Counted from the first letter of the stretch, positions 1-9,795 are shown. The stretch is DNA of 64,000 bases from an uncultured Clostridia bacterium (GCA_944392805.1 CALXXZ010000002.1:169637-233636), one strand, 5' to 3'. Notes: a model not told the origin generated them from the letters alone. Made by a program: numbers and translations.

Positions 1-773
1 AAAAACTACATTGCAATAAAGGTTTTACAGAATATTGTACAATTTGTGCATATATGCATGATATAGGTAAATTATTTATACCTGCTGAAATTTTGCAAAA
101 GCCTTCTGCTTTAACTGATGAAGAATATGAAACTATGAAAAAACATACTGAATTGGGATATAAATTATGCATAAAAGATACCAAATTAAGACCATATTAT
201 GCAGGACCATATTATCATCATGAAGCCTTAGATGGAACAGGTTATCCACAAGGTTTGGTAAAAAAAGACATTCCATTTGAAGCACAAATTATTAGAGTTG
301 CTGATGAATATGATGCTTTAGTTCATAAAAGACAATATAAAACACATATAGGTGTTTCTGAAGCATTAAAAATTATAATTGAAAATACAAAGCCTACTCC
401 AGGTGCACCTGAAGGTACAGGTTTTACAAAAGCAGGAAAAAATAATAAATTAATTGTTAAAAAATTAATAAAAGTTGTAATAGATGATATTGAGTATGAA
501 ATTGCTTGTACAATTGATTATGTTAAATTTTTAGATAAAGAATTAGATAGATATAAAAAAATTGAAAACTATATTGAGAAAAGAGCATCTGCTACAAAAG
601 AAAAAGATATTGTTTATTATGAACAATATATAGATATGTTATTAAGACCTGATGAATCTATTGAAAATTTTGAAAGTCTATATCAAGAATTTAAAGAAGC
701 TTATACTCTAAGAAAAGATATTTTACAAAACTTACATAAAGAGATTAAAATAATTAAAAAGCTTAAGGTATGA
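1..773 (+). CDS. HD-GYP domain protein (c-di-GMP phosphodiesterase family), 5' end outside window; long Lys/Glu-rich C-terminal extension
   Basis: Frame is open from nt 3 (..CAYMHDIGK), so the HD motif is completed by upstream residues. HHEALDGTGYP matches the HD-GYP signature HHExxDGxGYP. Stop at 771-773. Confidence 0.7.
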   Translation, partial: KLHCNKGFTEYCTICAYMHDIGKLFIPAEILQKPSALTDEEYETMKKHTELGYKLCIKDTKLRPYYAGPYYHHEALDGTGYPQGLVKKDIPFEAQIIRVADEYDALVHKRQYKTHIGVSEALKIIIENTKPTPGAPEGTGFTKAGKNNKLIVKKLIKVVIDDIEYEIACTIDYVKFLDKELDRYKKIENYIEKRASATKEKDIVYYEQYIDMLLRPDESIENFESLYQEFKEAYTLRKDILQNLHKEIKIIKKLKV

Positions 774-784
774 TTGCCTTAAGC

Positions 785-1306
785 TTATCTATTTACAAAA
801 AAACTTACTATTTTTTCTAGCCAACTTGTTTCATCTTCTTTTATATATGTATTTTCAGTTTCTACATTATCTGATTTTTCAAGATTAATTGGTATTCCTT
901 TTTTTACTTCCATCCCTAATTCTTCTGTTGCTCTTTGTTTTATTGTATTCCATTCTAATTTGCTTTCTTCTTCTTTTATATTTTTTTCAACTTGACCATT
1001 TTCCTTTTGTATTAGTGCTAATTTTTCTTCTTGTTCTTTTTTTTGGTCAAACATTTCCATTATTTGAATTTCTCTATAGCTTACAGTTAGTAACATGGCA
1101 AATACAACTCCAACAGCTATAATCTGTTTAGCTTTTTTCTTTCTTTCTTCTGCTTTTTTTGCTCTTTCTTTTTCTAATCTTTTTTCTATTTCTTTTTTAG
1201 AAACTTTTGGTGTTTGTTTTTTAGTTGTTTTTCTTGTTGTATATTCTGGTTCATATTTACGTGGACTAGTTTCATATTGATATGAACTTCTTGCCATGTT
1301 ACTCAC
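785..1306 (-). CDS. ftsL: FtsL/DivIC-like septum formation protein (basic N-terminal, single TM, coiled coil)
   Basis: 173 aa with a Lys/Arg-rich cytoplasmic N-terminal region, one TM (IIAVGVVFAMLLTV) and a coiled-coil ectodomain. It sits immediately downstream of rsmH in mraZ-rsmH-ftsL order. Confidence 0.5.
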   Translation of the reverse strand: MSNMARSSYQYETSPRKYEPEYTTRKTTKKQTPKVSKKEIEKRLEKERAKKAEERKKKAKQIIAVGVVFAMLLTVSYREIQIMEMFDQKKEQEEKLALIQKENGQVEKNIKEEESKLEWNTIKQRATEELGMEVKKGIPINLEKSDNVETENTYIKEDETSWLEKIVSFFVNR

Positions 1307-1318
1307 CTCCTTTGTTAT

Positions 1319-2269
1319 CTATCTTTTTTCGAAAATTCTTAATTTTGCACTTTTAGACCTTGAATTTTCATTTTGTTCTTCTTCTGATGCAATAATTGGT
1401 TTTTTATTAATAATTTGTCCTTCTGATTTTGCACCACATACACAATATGGTAAATCTTTTGGACATGTACATTTTCCTGTTGCGTCTATATAAGCATTTT
1501 TTACTGCTCTATCTTCTAATGAATGAAATGTAATAATACATAATCTACCTTTACTTTTTAAATGTTTTATACAAGTTCTTACAGTTTCATATAAAGGCCT
1601 AATTTCATCATTTACTTCTATTCGTATTGCTTGAAAAGTTCTTTTTGCCGGATGTCCTTCTTTTTTGGCAAATGATGGAATAGATTTATCTATTATTTCA
1701 ACTAATTCTTGGGTCGAATTAATTTCTTTTTCTTTTCTATATTTACAAATATTTTTTGCAATCTGTCTTGAAAATCTTTCTTCTCCATATTCATATATTA
1801 TCTGCGCTAATTTTTCTTCACTATATGTATTTATAATCTCTTTAGCTGTAAGGCTTTGGGATTTATCCATTCTCATATCTAATTCGTTATTTCCTAAATA
1901 ACTAAATCCTCTTTCTCTTTCATCTAATTGATATGAAGATACACCTAAATCTAGTAAAATTCCATCAACTTCTTCTATTCCTATTTCTTCTAGTATTTTT
2001 TCTATTTCGTCATGATTTCCATGGATATATTTTACATTTGAAAATTGTTTTAAATTTTCTTTCGCAGCTTTTAATGCTTCTTCATCTCTGTCAATTCCTA
2101 TTAATAATCCATTATTAGATAATTGTTCTAGAATTTTTTTACTATGTCCTGCTCCACCTAAAGTTCCATCTACATATATTCCATCTTTTTTTATATTTAA
2201 TCCATTTATTGTTTCTTCTAACAATACTGGTTTATGCTTAAATTCCAATTTTTCACCTCTTATTAACAA
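1319..2269 (-). CDS. rsmH: 16S rRNA (cytosine1402-N4)-methyltransferase RsmH (MraW)
   Basis: 316 aa with a SAM-binding VDGTLGGAGHS motif, in the canonical position after mraZ. Confidence 0.9.
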   Translation of the reverse strand: MLIRGEKLEFKHKPVLLEETINGLNIKKDGIYVDGTLGGAGHSKKILEQLSNNGLLIGIDRDEEALKAAKENLKQFSNVKYIHGNHDEIEKILEEIGIEEVDGILLDLGVSSYQLDERERGFSYLGNNELDMRMDKSQSLTAKEIINTYSEEKLAQIIYEYGEERFSRQIAKNICKYRKEKEINSTQELVEIIDKSIPSFAKKEGHPAKRTFQAIRIEVNDEIRPLYETVRTCIKHLKSKGRLCIITFHSLEDRAVKNAYIDATGKCTCPKDLPYCVCGAKSEGQIINKKPIIASEEEQNENSRSKSAKLRIFEKR

Positions 2270-2469
2270 ATTGCAGCTGGCTTTTTTTATAAATTGCCAC
2301 CAGCTGCTTTTCTTATGTTTTTTATATTTCTTTTGTTTCTACCTCTTGGAATTTATCTTTTGCAACTTTATCTTTTGTTTTTCTTCAATTTTTCTTTTGT
2401 ATGCTTTTTTCTTTTGTGTGACATCTTTTGTACTTTTATCTTTAGTGTTTTTATATAAACTTTTGCAAG

Positions 2470-2895
2470 TTATATACCTAACATTGTCATATTTTCTGCT
2501 ATTTCGTCAGCCGAAATTTCTTCATCACATTTTTTCCATATTTCTTTATCCCAAATTTCTAATCTAGTTCCTACTCCGACTATCATAGCATCTTTTGTTA
2601 AGTGGGCTGATTCTCTTAAGTTGCTTGGTATTAAAAATCTTCCTTGTTTGTCTATTTCACATTCTGTTGCTCCTGATAAGAAAAATCTTACAAAGTTTCT
2701 TGCATTTTTGTCTGATAATGGAAGTGATTTTAATTTTGTTTCGAAATTCAACCATTCATTTTGTGAAAATACAAATAAACATCCATCTAATCCTTTTGTT
2801 ATGATGAATTTTTCTCCTATGTCTTGTCTTAATTTTGATGGCATTATCAATCTGCCTTTAACGTCTAGAGAATGCTCGTATTCACCAATTAACAA
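2470..2895 (-). CDS. mraZ: transcriptional regulator MraZ
   Basis: 141 aa with the duplicated MraZ fold (DVKGRLIMP ... DKQGRFLIP). TTG start at 2895, preceded by AGGAGG (2903-2908 on the minus strand). Confidence 0.9.
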   Translation of the reverse strand: MLIGEYEHSLDVKGRLIMPSKLRQDIGEKFIITKGLDGCLFVFSQNEWLNFETKLKSLPLSDKNARNFVRFFLSGATECEIDKQGRFLIPSNLRESAHLTKDAMIVGVGTRLEIWDKEIWKKCDEEISADEIAENMTMLGI

Positions 2896-2910
2896 TTGAA
2901 CTTCCTCCTT

Positions 2911-2947
2911 TCCACTTTCTTACCACTTTGTACCACTTTTCTCCACT
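2911..2947 (-). promoter_or_regulatory. MraZ operator-like array: four GTGG direct repeats at 10-11 nt spacing directly upstream of mraZ
   Basis: Minus-strand read is AAGTGGAGAAAAGTGGTACAAAGTGGTAAGAAAGTGGAAAGGAGG. On the plus strand this is CCAC at 2912, 2923, 2933 and 2943. It matches the GTGG[G/T] direct-repeat MraZ-binding sites described for Pmra. Confidence 0.45.
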
Positions 2948-3066
2948 TCGATTAAATAATAATACATTTTTTATAATTTTGCAAGTACTTTTGCGAATTT
3001 TCTTGAAAAAATTTTTTTATTATGATATTATATTTTTATAAATTTTTGTACGAAAGGAAAAAAGTT

Positions 3067-3732
3067 ATGGAAGTAAAAAAGAAAAAAAATTTTAAATTTG
3101 ATCACAAAAAATTGGCAATTTTCATTATAATTATGGTAGTTTTAATAGTATCAATTGTCGTAATTGCAGTTTATTTATCAAAAAATCACACTTTAGAATT
3201 TAATGATTTTGAAAGAATTGCAGTTTATAATTATTTAGAAGATGACTTATTAGATGTAGCTACTCTTTATGATTTAGCAGGAAAAAGTGAATATAATGAC
3301 ATTGAAATATTTCAGTCTAAATTAAAAAGAGCTTTAGATTCATATTTTGCATCTAATAATTCAGCAAATGAAGTTTCTACTTCTGAAATAATGTCTTTAG
3401 TAGATTCAAAATATATTCCAAGTGGTGTGGATTTTCATGGTATAATTGTTTCTGATTATACTTATAATCCTGAAAATGATACTTTTGAAAAAACACCTGG
3501 TGCTAATTCTAATATTGCAGGAATAGAGGCAGGAGCTAATAGTATAGATTATTCTGATAAAAAGGCTATAGTTCAAACTATTGAAGAAACTTCTGATGAT
3601 AAATATAAAGTTATTTTTAATATTGTTGATTCTATGGTAATTGATAATCCTACTACAGAAGCTACTGGTGAAGTTATTTTGTCAATTAAAAATAATGACT
3701 TTAATATAGATTCTTGTACAATTAATGAATAA
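3067..3732 (+). CDS. hypothetical membrane-anchored protein (N-terminal TM, extracellular domain)
   Basis: Long ORF with probable start at MEVKKKK (3067). One TM (IFIIIMVVLIVSIVVIAVYL) and no recognisable motif. Confidence 0.45.
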   Translation: MEVKKKKNFKFDHKKLAIFIIIMVVLIVSIVVIAVYLSKNHTLEFNDFERIAVYNYLEDDLLDVATLYDLAGKSEYNDIEIFQSKLKRALDSYFASNNSANEVSTSEIMSLVDSKYIPSGVDFHGIIVSDYTYNPENDTFEKTPGANSNIAGIEAGANSIDYSDKKAIVQTIEETSDDKYKVIFNIVDSMVIDNPTTEATGEVILSIKNNDFNIDSCTINE

Positions 3733-3752
3733 TTTAAGAAATATAATAAAAG

Positions 3753-3835
3753 AAAAAAATATATAACTATTATGAAGTTGAACCTGGTACGAAAACCATG
3801 GCATGATTCGACAAATAATAGTTATATATTTTTTT
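3753..3835. repeat. perfect 21-bp inverted repeat (AAAAAAATATATAACTATTAT / ATAATAGTTATATATTTTTTT) enclosing a 41-nt GC-richer core; candidate bidirectional terminator or structured element between convergent genes
   Basis: Arms at 3753-3773 and 3815-3835 are exact reverse complements. The core 3774-3814 (gaagttgaacctggtacgaaaaccatggcatgattcgacaa) is far more GC-rich than its surroundings. It lies between the 3' ends of the 3067..3732(+) and 3847..4978(-) genes. Confidence 0.5.
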
Positions 3836-3846
3836 CTTATTATATT

Positions 3847-4978
3847 CTAATTAATTATCTGTTTTAAATTTCTAATTAAATAATCAATTTCTTCGAAAGT
3901 ATTATTATCTCCAAAAGTTGTTCTGATTGCACATTTTAAATATTTTTCAGGAACTCCTATTGCTGTTAAAACATGTGATGGTCCTTGCTTTCCTGATGAA
4001 CAAGCTGAACCACTTGATACACAAATATTTTTTTCATCTAGCTTAAAAATCACTTCAGAAGCATCCATTCCTTCAAAAGACACATTAGCATTTCCTGGCA
4101 GTCTATTTTCCATTGAACCATTTATTCTAATTTTATCAGGCATTTCCTTTTGTAATCTGCTAATATAATAATCTCTTAATCTTGTTAAATTTCTAATATG
4201 AGAATCTAAATTTCTATTAGCAATTTCACAAGCTTTCCCAATTCCAACAATACTTGCAACATTCTCAGTTCCAGCTCTTTTATCTTTTTCTTGATGTCCA
4301 CCATTTATAATCTTTTCTACTTTAATTCCATTTCTAATATACAAAGCACCTATACCTTTTGGTGCATTTATTTTATGACCTGACATAGATAACATATCAA
4401 TATTCATATTTGTTACATCAATTCTTACATTGCCTACTGCCTGAACTGCATCAGTATGAAAAACTATATTATGTGATTTTGCAATTTGGGCAATTTCTTT
4501 AATTGGTTGAATTGTTCCAATTTCATTATTTGCAAACATAACACTTATTAAAATAGTTGTTGGTCTTATCTCCTTTTTTAATTCCTCTAAATTTATTCTT
4601 CCGATTTTCATCAACATTTATAAATGATACTTCAAAGCCTTGTTTTTCAAGATTTTTACAAGTTTCTAGAACTGCAGGATGTTCAATTTTAGATGTTATT
4701 ATATGATTTCCTTTATCTCTATTATCATATGCAAAACCTTTTATTGCCATATTGTCACTTTCTGAACCACTTGCTGTAAAATAGATTTCATTTGAATTAC
4801 AATTTAATAGTGTAGCTACTTGTTTTCTTGCATTTTCTATTGCCCTTTTTGCTCGTCTACCTATTGAATATAATGATGATGCATTTCCATATTCCATACT
4901 TAAATATGGCATCATTTCATTTAATACTTCTGTTTTTATTTTAGTTGTTGCTGCATTATCAAAATAAATAGTCTCCAT
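3847..4978 (-). pseudogene. cysteine desulfurase (NifS/IscS family) interrupted by a +1 frameshift near nt 4603 (or a sequencing error)
   Basis: The N-terminal ORF 4526..4978 carries the class-V aminotransferase fold up to ..FINVDEN. The C-terminal ORF 3847..4617 continues ..INLEELKKEIRP..SGHK (PLP lysine) in another frame. The DNA reads AAT C GGA AGA ATA AAT, one extra C (G at about 4603 on the plus strand) relative to the expected ..DENGRINLEEL.. reading. Confidence 0.65.
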
Positions 4979-5015
4979 CTTATCCCTCCTAGCTACAATT
5001 TATATATTATATGTC

Positions 5016-5879
5016 TTATATATCATTTTCGTTAAATATTTTCTTTATTTTTTCAATATTTTTTATTGTTGTATCATATCCAAACTTATAACATTTATCT
5101 AATTTATCTATATCAAATAATCCTGCTCTATCTGTTGGCACTGTAAGAATCAAATCACTTTGTTCTAGCCCATTTTCTGCAATTTTATTTCCCATAATAT
5201 CAAGAGTTTTCATTATTATATCCATTACATCACTTGTAACTTCTACTTTATCAGCTTCAAAATTTACTGCTAATATTTTTTTATCGCAAATATTTTTTAA
5301 TGGTATTATAGGGATATTATCTAATGTTCCTCCATCTAAAAACATATGATTTTTATATTCACAAGGACAAAAAACGGCAGGAAAACTACTACTTGCCCTT
5401 ACTGCTTTTCCAATTGGAATTTCTGTTATATAATTATCAAATGGATTATTACGTGGTGCACAATTTGTTATTATATATTCTTTTGCTTCACTTATATCAA
5501 CTGTTGGAATTGCTAATGGCATTTTTATATCTCCTATTACTTTTACACCTTTTCTCAATGCTAATTCATTATACATTTTCTCTAATAATGTTCCATCATT
5601 TAACCCTGATATTCCTATCTTCTTATTTTTTATAAAATTACCTATTCCATTTATTATAGGCGCATTTCCTATATTAATAATTTCTTGTGCATATTTTTTA
5701 AATAACACATATATGTAATATGGTCTATATCCCATCGCATATAATGCTGCAACTATGCTTCCTGCACTTGTTCCTGATATTGCATCTATTTCTATTTCAT
5801 TTTCTTCAAGTGCTTTTAATACTCCTGCATGTGCAATTCCTCTAATTCCTCCACCTGATAATGCTACACCAATACCCAT
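5016..5879 (-). CDS. patatin-like phospholipase
   Basis: GGGIRG oxyanion motif, GTSAG (GxSxG) nucleophile elbow and a DGG catalytic Asp motif (FLDGGTLDNIP). Confidence 0.85.
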   Translation of the reverse strand: MGIGVALSGGGIRGIAHAGVLKALEENEIEIDAISGTSAGSIVAALYAMGYRPYYIYVLFKKYAQEIINIGNAPIINGIGNFIKNKKIGISGLNDGTLLEKMYNELALRKGVKVIGDIKMPLAIPTVDISEAKEYIITNCAPRNNPFDNYITEIPIGKAVRASSSFPAVFCPCEYKNHMFLDGGTLDNIPIIPLKNICDKKILAVNFEADKVEVTSDVMDIIMKTLDIMGNKIAENGLEQSDLILTVPTDRAGLFDIDKLDKCYKFGYDTTIKNIEKIKKIFNENDI

Positions 5880-5961
5880 AAATTTTCCTCCAAAAAAATA
5901 AAAAGTAAATAACTATATTAATTATTTACTCTTTATTATGTTTCTAATCATATTTTTGTGA

Positions 5962-7446
5962 CTATTTTTCTATTATATTTCCATTATTATCTAAATAATA
6001 TTCTTCTTTCTCATTATAGATTTTTATGTAGTCATCTGAACTCTGGAAATTTGCATTTTCTATTTCTATAACTTTTTCTATTTTGTTATTATAAATTTGT
6101 GTAACTGCACTATCAAAATTCTTTACTTGTAAAATATTTTCTCCTTTTATTGATTGAACTACATCATATTCAAAATTTAAAAGTATGTTTTCGTCTGCAT
6201 CAATTATACCGCTTTTTCCATCAAGATTTGTTGCTATAAAATATTTGTCAAATGCATATTCTAAATATGTATATTCTTGTTTTGAAATTTCTTCTAAATT
6301 CGAATTTAATATTGAATATTTTTGATTTTGTACACTTTTTATATAATATTCTGAATTTGCAGTAGGTTCAATTATAGTATCAAATGGAATGTCAACTTCT
6401 TTTCCTTCTTTATCAAGCACTTTTTGTTCTTCTTCTTTAGTTGTATAAATATATATTCCTTTTATTTCAATTGATGAATAATCAACTGGCAATACTTCTA
6501 CTCCTTTATCATTTAAAACTCCATATTTACCTGTTATTTCTACTATAAAATTTTTTGTGTCATCATTATAAATTATTGATTGATATTTAGTATCTATTAT
6601 TTTACTATTGTTTATAAATACTCCTGCTTGTCCATTTTTTGAAGCAATTAAATATATATCATTAGTACCACTTACTTCTGCAATTCTTACTATTTCATTA
6701 TATTCGTTATCTAAGACTTTGCTTCCTTCATAATCATAATATCCATATCTATATCCATCTTCTGTTGTCTCACATACTATATATCCTGATTTTTCATATT
6801 TATCTTGTTCTGTATAATATTGATCTGATTGTATTGAATCAAATGTTGGTTTTATTATTGTGTTTCCTTGTGAATCTAGTATGCCATATTTATTATCTTC
6901 TTTTACAAGTATTTCTCCTTGTTTATATCCTAAACTTGAAATTTCCTCATATTTAGGTTTTACAACTTCTTCGCCACTCATATCTACTAATCCATATTTT
7001 CCGTCTTTTTCATATTTTAATACATTTCTTTCATAAACTGCTGTTTCTGATATTATATTTTCTAGTTTAATTGCTTCTACATTCTGATATTCTTTGAATA
7101 TTTCTTCATTTTTTTCATTTATTACTTTACTTTCCTCTCCATTTTTACAAATAAATACTGCTCTATTTGGATTTGGAATAATTATCTCATCATATTGAGG
7201 TTCTATTACTACCTCTTTTTTAGAATTTGTTACTCCATATTTTTCTTCTTTTAATAAAGAATATGTTTCTGAATTTTCATCAAGATTTTCAGTTATTCTT
7301 TTTTTGTTTGGCATATATATAGAAATTACTAGACTTATTATTATTACTAATATACTTATTACTATTATCAAACTCGTTTTTTTAGACATATTTATACCTC
7401 TTTTCGCATTTTTATTCATTTTACTATTTATATTATAATATTTCAA
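5962..7446 (-). CDS. WG-repeat (KWG-like) containing membrane-anchored protein
   Basis: N-terminal TM followed by at least six repeats of the form KYG(L/V)xDxxGxxVxxPxYxxI (KYGLVDMSGEEVVKPKYEEI, KYGILDSQGNTIIKPTFDSI, KYGVLNDKGVEVLPVDYSSI and others). Confidence 0.7.
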   Translation of the reverse strand: MKYYNINSKMNKNAKRGINMSKKTSLIIVISILVIIISLVISIYMPNKKRITENLDENSETYSLLKEEKYGVTNSKKEVVIEPQYDEIIIPNPNRAVFICKNGEESKVINEKNEEIFKEYQNVEAIKLENIISETAVYERNVLKYEKDGKYGLVDMSGEEVVKPKYEEISSLGYKQGEILVKEDNKYGILDSQGNTIIKPTFDSIQSDQYYTEQDKYEKSGYIVCETTEDGYRYGYYDYEGSKVLDNEYNEIVRIAEVSGTNDIYLIASKNGQAGVFINNSKIIDTKYQSIIYNDDTKNFIVEITGKYGVLNDKGVEVLPVDYSSIEIKGIYIYTTKEEEQKVLDKEGKEVDIPFDTIIEPTANSEYYIKSVQNQKYSILNSNLEEISKQEYTYLEYAFDKYFIATNLDGKSGIIDADENILLNFEYDVVQSIKGENILQVKNFDSAVTQIYNNKIEKVIEIENANFQSSDDYIKIYNEKEEYYLDNNGNIIEK

Positions 7447-7485
7447 GATTTTTTTACTTTTTTATTTCTATATTTTTTAAAAATC

Positions 7486-7515
7486 TTTACAAACACTTGT
7501 AATTTTCAGTATAAT
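7486..7515 (+). promoter_or_regulatory. sigma-A type promoter for asnS (TTTACA - 18 nt - TATAAT)
   Basis: -35 TTTACA at 7486-7491 and -10 TATAAT at 7510-7515, about 40 nt upstream of the asnS ATG, with GGAGG RBS at 7543-7547. Confidence 0.35.
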
Positions 7516-7553
7516 ATTATATAATCTTTACATAATATTTATGGAGGTAAATT

Positions 7554-8945
7554 ATGGCAAAATTAACTATTAAGGAATTATTTAGAAATACAAGTGAATA
7601 CAAAGAAAAAGAAGTAACAGTTGAAGGATGGGTAAGAACTGTAAGAGATTCAAAAACATTTGGTTTTATAGAATTAAATGACGGTTCATTTTTCAAAAAT
7701 GTTCAAATAGTATTTACTGATAAATTATCAAATTTTGAAGAAATAGTAAAATTAACAATAAGTTCATCAATAAAAGTTAAAGGTACGCTAGTAATAACAG
7801 AAAATGCAAAACAACCATTTGAAATACAAGCAGAAGAAATTGAAATAATAAATTTATGTCCAAGTGAATATCCTCTTCAAAAGAAAAGACATTCATTTGA
7901 ATATTTACGTACAATTTCTCATTTGCGTCCAAGAACAAATACATTTAATGCAGTATTTAGAGTAAGAAGTGTATTAAGTTATGCAATACATAAATTCTTC
8001 CAAGAACGTGGATTTGTTTATGTTCATACACCAATTTTAACATCAAGTGATGCAGAAGGTGCTGGAGAAATGTTTAATGTAAACTCATTTGACTTAGCAA
8101 ATGTACCATTAACAGAAGATGGAAAAGTAGATTATTCAAAAGACTTCTTTGGAAAACCTGCACATCTTACAGTAAGTGGACAATTAAATGGTGAAACATT
8201 TGCAACAGCTTTTAGAAATATATATACATTTGGACCAACATTTAGAGCTGAAAATTCTAACACTGTAAAACATGCAGCAGAATTTTGGATGATAGAACCA
8301 GAAATTTGTTTTGCAGATTTACAAGATTCTATGGACTTAGCAGAAGATATGATAAAATTCATTTTCTCTTATGTTTTAGAAAACTGTCCAGAAGAAATGG
8401 AATTTTTCAATAATTTTGTAGATAAAACATTATTAGATAGATTAAATAATATAATAAATTCAGAATTTGCTAGAATCACATATACTGATGCAATTAAAGA
8501 ATTAGAAAAAGCAAATGACCAGTTCGAATATAAAGTTTCTTGGGGTGTAGATTTACAAACAGAACATGAAAGATATTTATGTGAAAAAATTTTCAAAAAA
8601 CCAGTTTTTGTTACCGATTACCCAATGGATATAAAAGCATTTTATATGAAACAAAATCCTGATGGAAAAACTGTCGCAGCTGCTGACTTATTAGCTCCTG
8701 GAATTGGAGAAATTATCGGTGGTAGTCAAAGAGAAGAAAATTATGATAAATTACTTTCTAGAATGAAAGAACTTAATATGGATATTGATGGTTATGATTG
8801 GTATCTTGACCTTAGAAAATATGGTAGTGTTGACCATGCTGGTTTCGGACTTGGTTTTGAAAGGGCTCTTATGTACTTAACAGGTATGCAAAATATTAGA
8901 GATGTTATTCCTTTCCCTAGAACACCAAAAAATTGTGAATTTTAG
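7554..8945 (+). CDS. asnS: asparagine--tRNA ligase
   Basis: 463 aa with an N-terminal OB anticodon-binding domain and class II synthetase motifs ([12 protein letters not shown]), at typical AsnRS length. Confidence 0.9.
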   Translation: MAKLTIKELFRNTSEYKEKEVTVEGWVRTVRDSKTFGFIELNDGSFFKNVQIVFTDKLSNFEEIVKLTISSSIKVKGTLVITENAKQPFEIQAEEIEIINLCPSEYPLQKKRHSFEYLRTISHLRPRTNTFNAVFRVRSVLSYAIHKFFQERGFVYVHTPILTSSDAEGAGEMFNVNSFDLANVPLTEDGKVDYSKDFFGKPAHLTVSGQLNGETFATAFRNIYTFGPTFRAENSNTVKHAAEFWMIEPEICFADLQDSMDLAEDMIKFIFSYVLENCPEEMEFFNNFVDKTLLDRLNNIINSEFARITYTDAIKELEKANDQFEYKVSWGVDLQTEHERYLCEKIFKKPVFVTDYPMDIKAFYMKQNPDGKTVAAADLLAPGIGEIIGGSQREENYDKLLSRMKELNMDIDGYDWYLDLRKYGSVDHAGFGLGFERALMYLTGMQNIRDVIPFPRTPKNCEF

Positions 8946-9013
8946 GTAATTTTGGGACAGTCCCCTTTTTTCCCTTTGGGTAATTTTGGGACAGTCCCCT
9001 TTTTTCCCTTTTT
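8946..9013 (+). repeat. two tandem 34-nt REP-like units each containing the hairpin GGGAC-A-GTCCC followed by a T-run
   Basis: Copy 1 at 8946-8979 and copy 2 at 8980-9013 differ only in their last 3 nt. Confidence 0.8.
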
Positions 9014-9795
9014 TATTCTTCATTCCATATTTTTTCAATTTTCTTTCTTCCTATTCTAGTAACACGTGCAACTTGTGTTATATTTGTTCCTAATATGTTT
9101 TTTACCTCTTTTAAACATCTTTTTTCTTCTGATTTAGACTTATCTCTAAAGAATTCCGTAATATCTTCTACATTATCAATGTTAAATTTTTTCATAATAA
9201 TTCTTGCTAATTGTTCATCAGTTAATCTTCCAATCATTTCATATTCAGCAAAAGTGTTTAATTCTTCTATGTCACTAATGTTTTTGGTACATTTTATAAA
9301 TTCATTTAAATCATCATTGTAATAATGTAACAATATTTTTTTATTAATCAATCTTTCTTTACCTATATATTCTTTATAACTACTCCATTTATAATCTTCT
9401 GTTTTAGCTATATAAGCTTTTTCGGGATTTCTATGAACATATCTACAGACTTCTAAAAAATATTTTTGATTTTCAACATTTTTACTTTTAAATCTATTTT
9501 GAACAAAAGGTCCTTTTCTTTTATACTTTTTATTGAAATATTGTGCATAACTTGCAGTTAAACTTTGAATAGCTTTAGATAAAAAATCATTGTGAATTTT
9601 AATTACCATATGTACATGATTTGACATTAAACAATATGCGTATATATCATAATTAAATAACTTTTTTGTTTTTAAAATTCTTTTTAGAAAAAACTGTCTA
9701 TCTTTATCATCATAAAATATATCTTGGTCATCAATTCCTTTTATAATTATGTGATAAGTCTTCGAATAACTATATTTTCTATTTTGTCTCGGCAA
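9013..9795 (-). CDS. REP-associated tyrosine transposase (RayT) / IS200-like HUH Y1 transposase with C-terminal HTH-like extension
   Basis: HuH motif SNHVHMVIK and a catalytic Tyr region YVHRNPEKAYIAKTEDYKWSSYKEY (RayT-like Y..RNP...Y.WSS). TTG start at 9795 with AAAGGAGG seven nt upstream. Confidence 0.7.
   Translation of the reverse strand: MPRQNRKYSYSKTYHIIIKGIDDQDIFYDDKDRQFFLKRILKTKKLFNYDIYAYCLMSNHVHMVIKIHNDFLSKAIQSLTASYAQYFNKKYKRKGPFVQNRFKSKNVENQKYFLEVCRYVHRNPEKAYIAKTEDYKWSSYKEYIGKERLINKKILLHYYNDDLNEFIKCTKNISDIEELNTFAEYEMIGRLTDEQLARIIMKKFNIDNVEDITEFFRDKSKSEEKRCLKEVKNILGTNITQVARVTRIGRKKIEKIWNEE

Noticed and set aside
889-1122. Many plus-strand Leu/Phe/Ile-rich ORFs of 60-270 aa (e.g. 889..1122, 10548..11087, 23938..24756, 28541..29170, 55643..55858, 58301..58912)
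   Set aside because: All lie antisense to well-supported minus-strand genes. Their composition (poly-L/F/I) is the expected artefact of reading AT-rich codons in reverse; they have no RBS and no motifs.
7447-7553. T-box leader upstream of asnS
   Set aside because: The intergenic region is only 107 nt, is occupied by a promoter and RBS, and lacks the conserved T-box sequence and a specifier/terminator arrangement.
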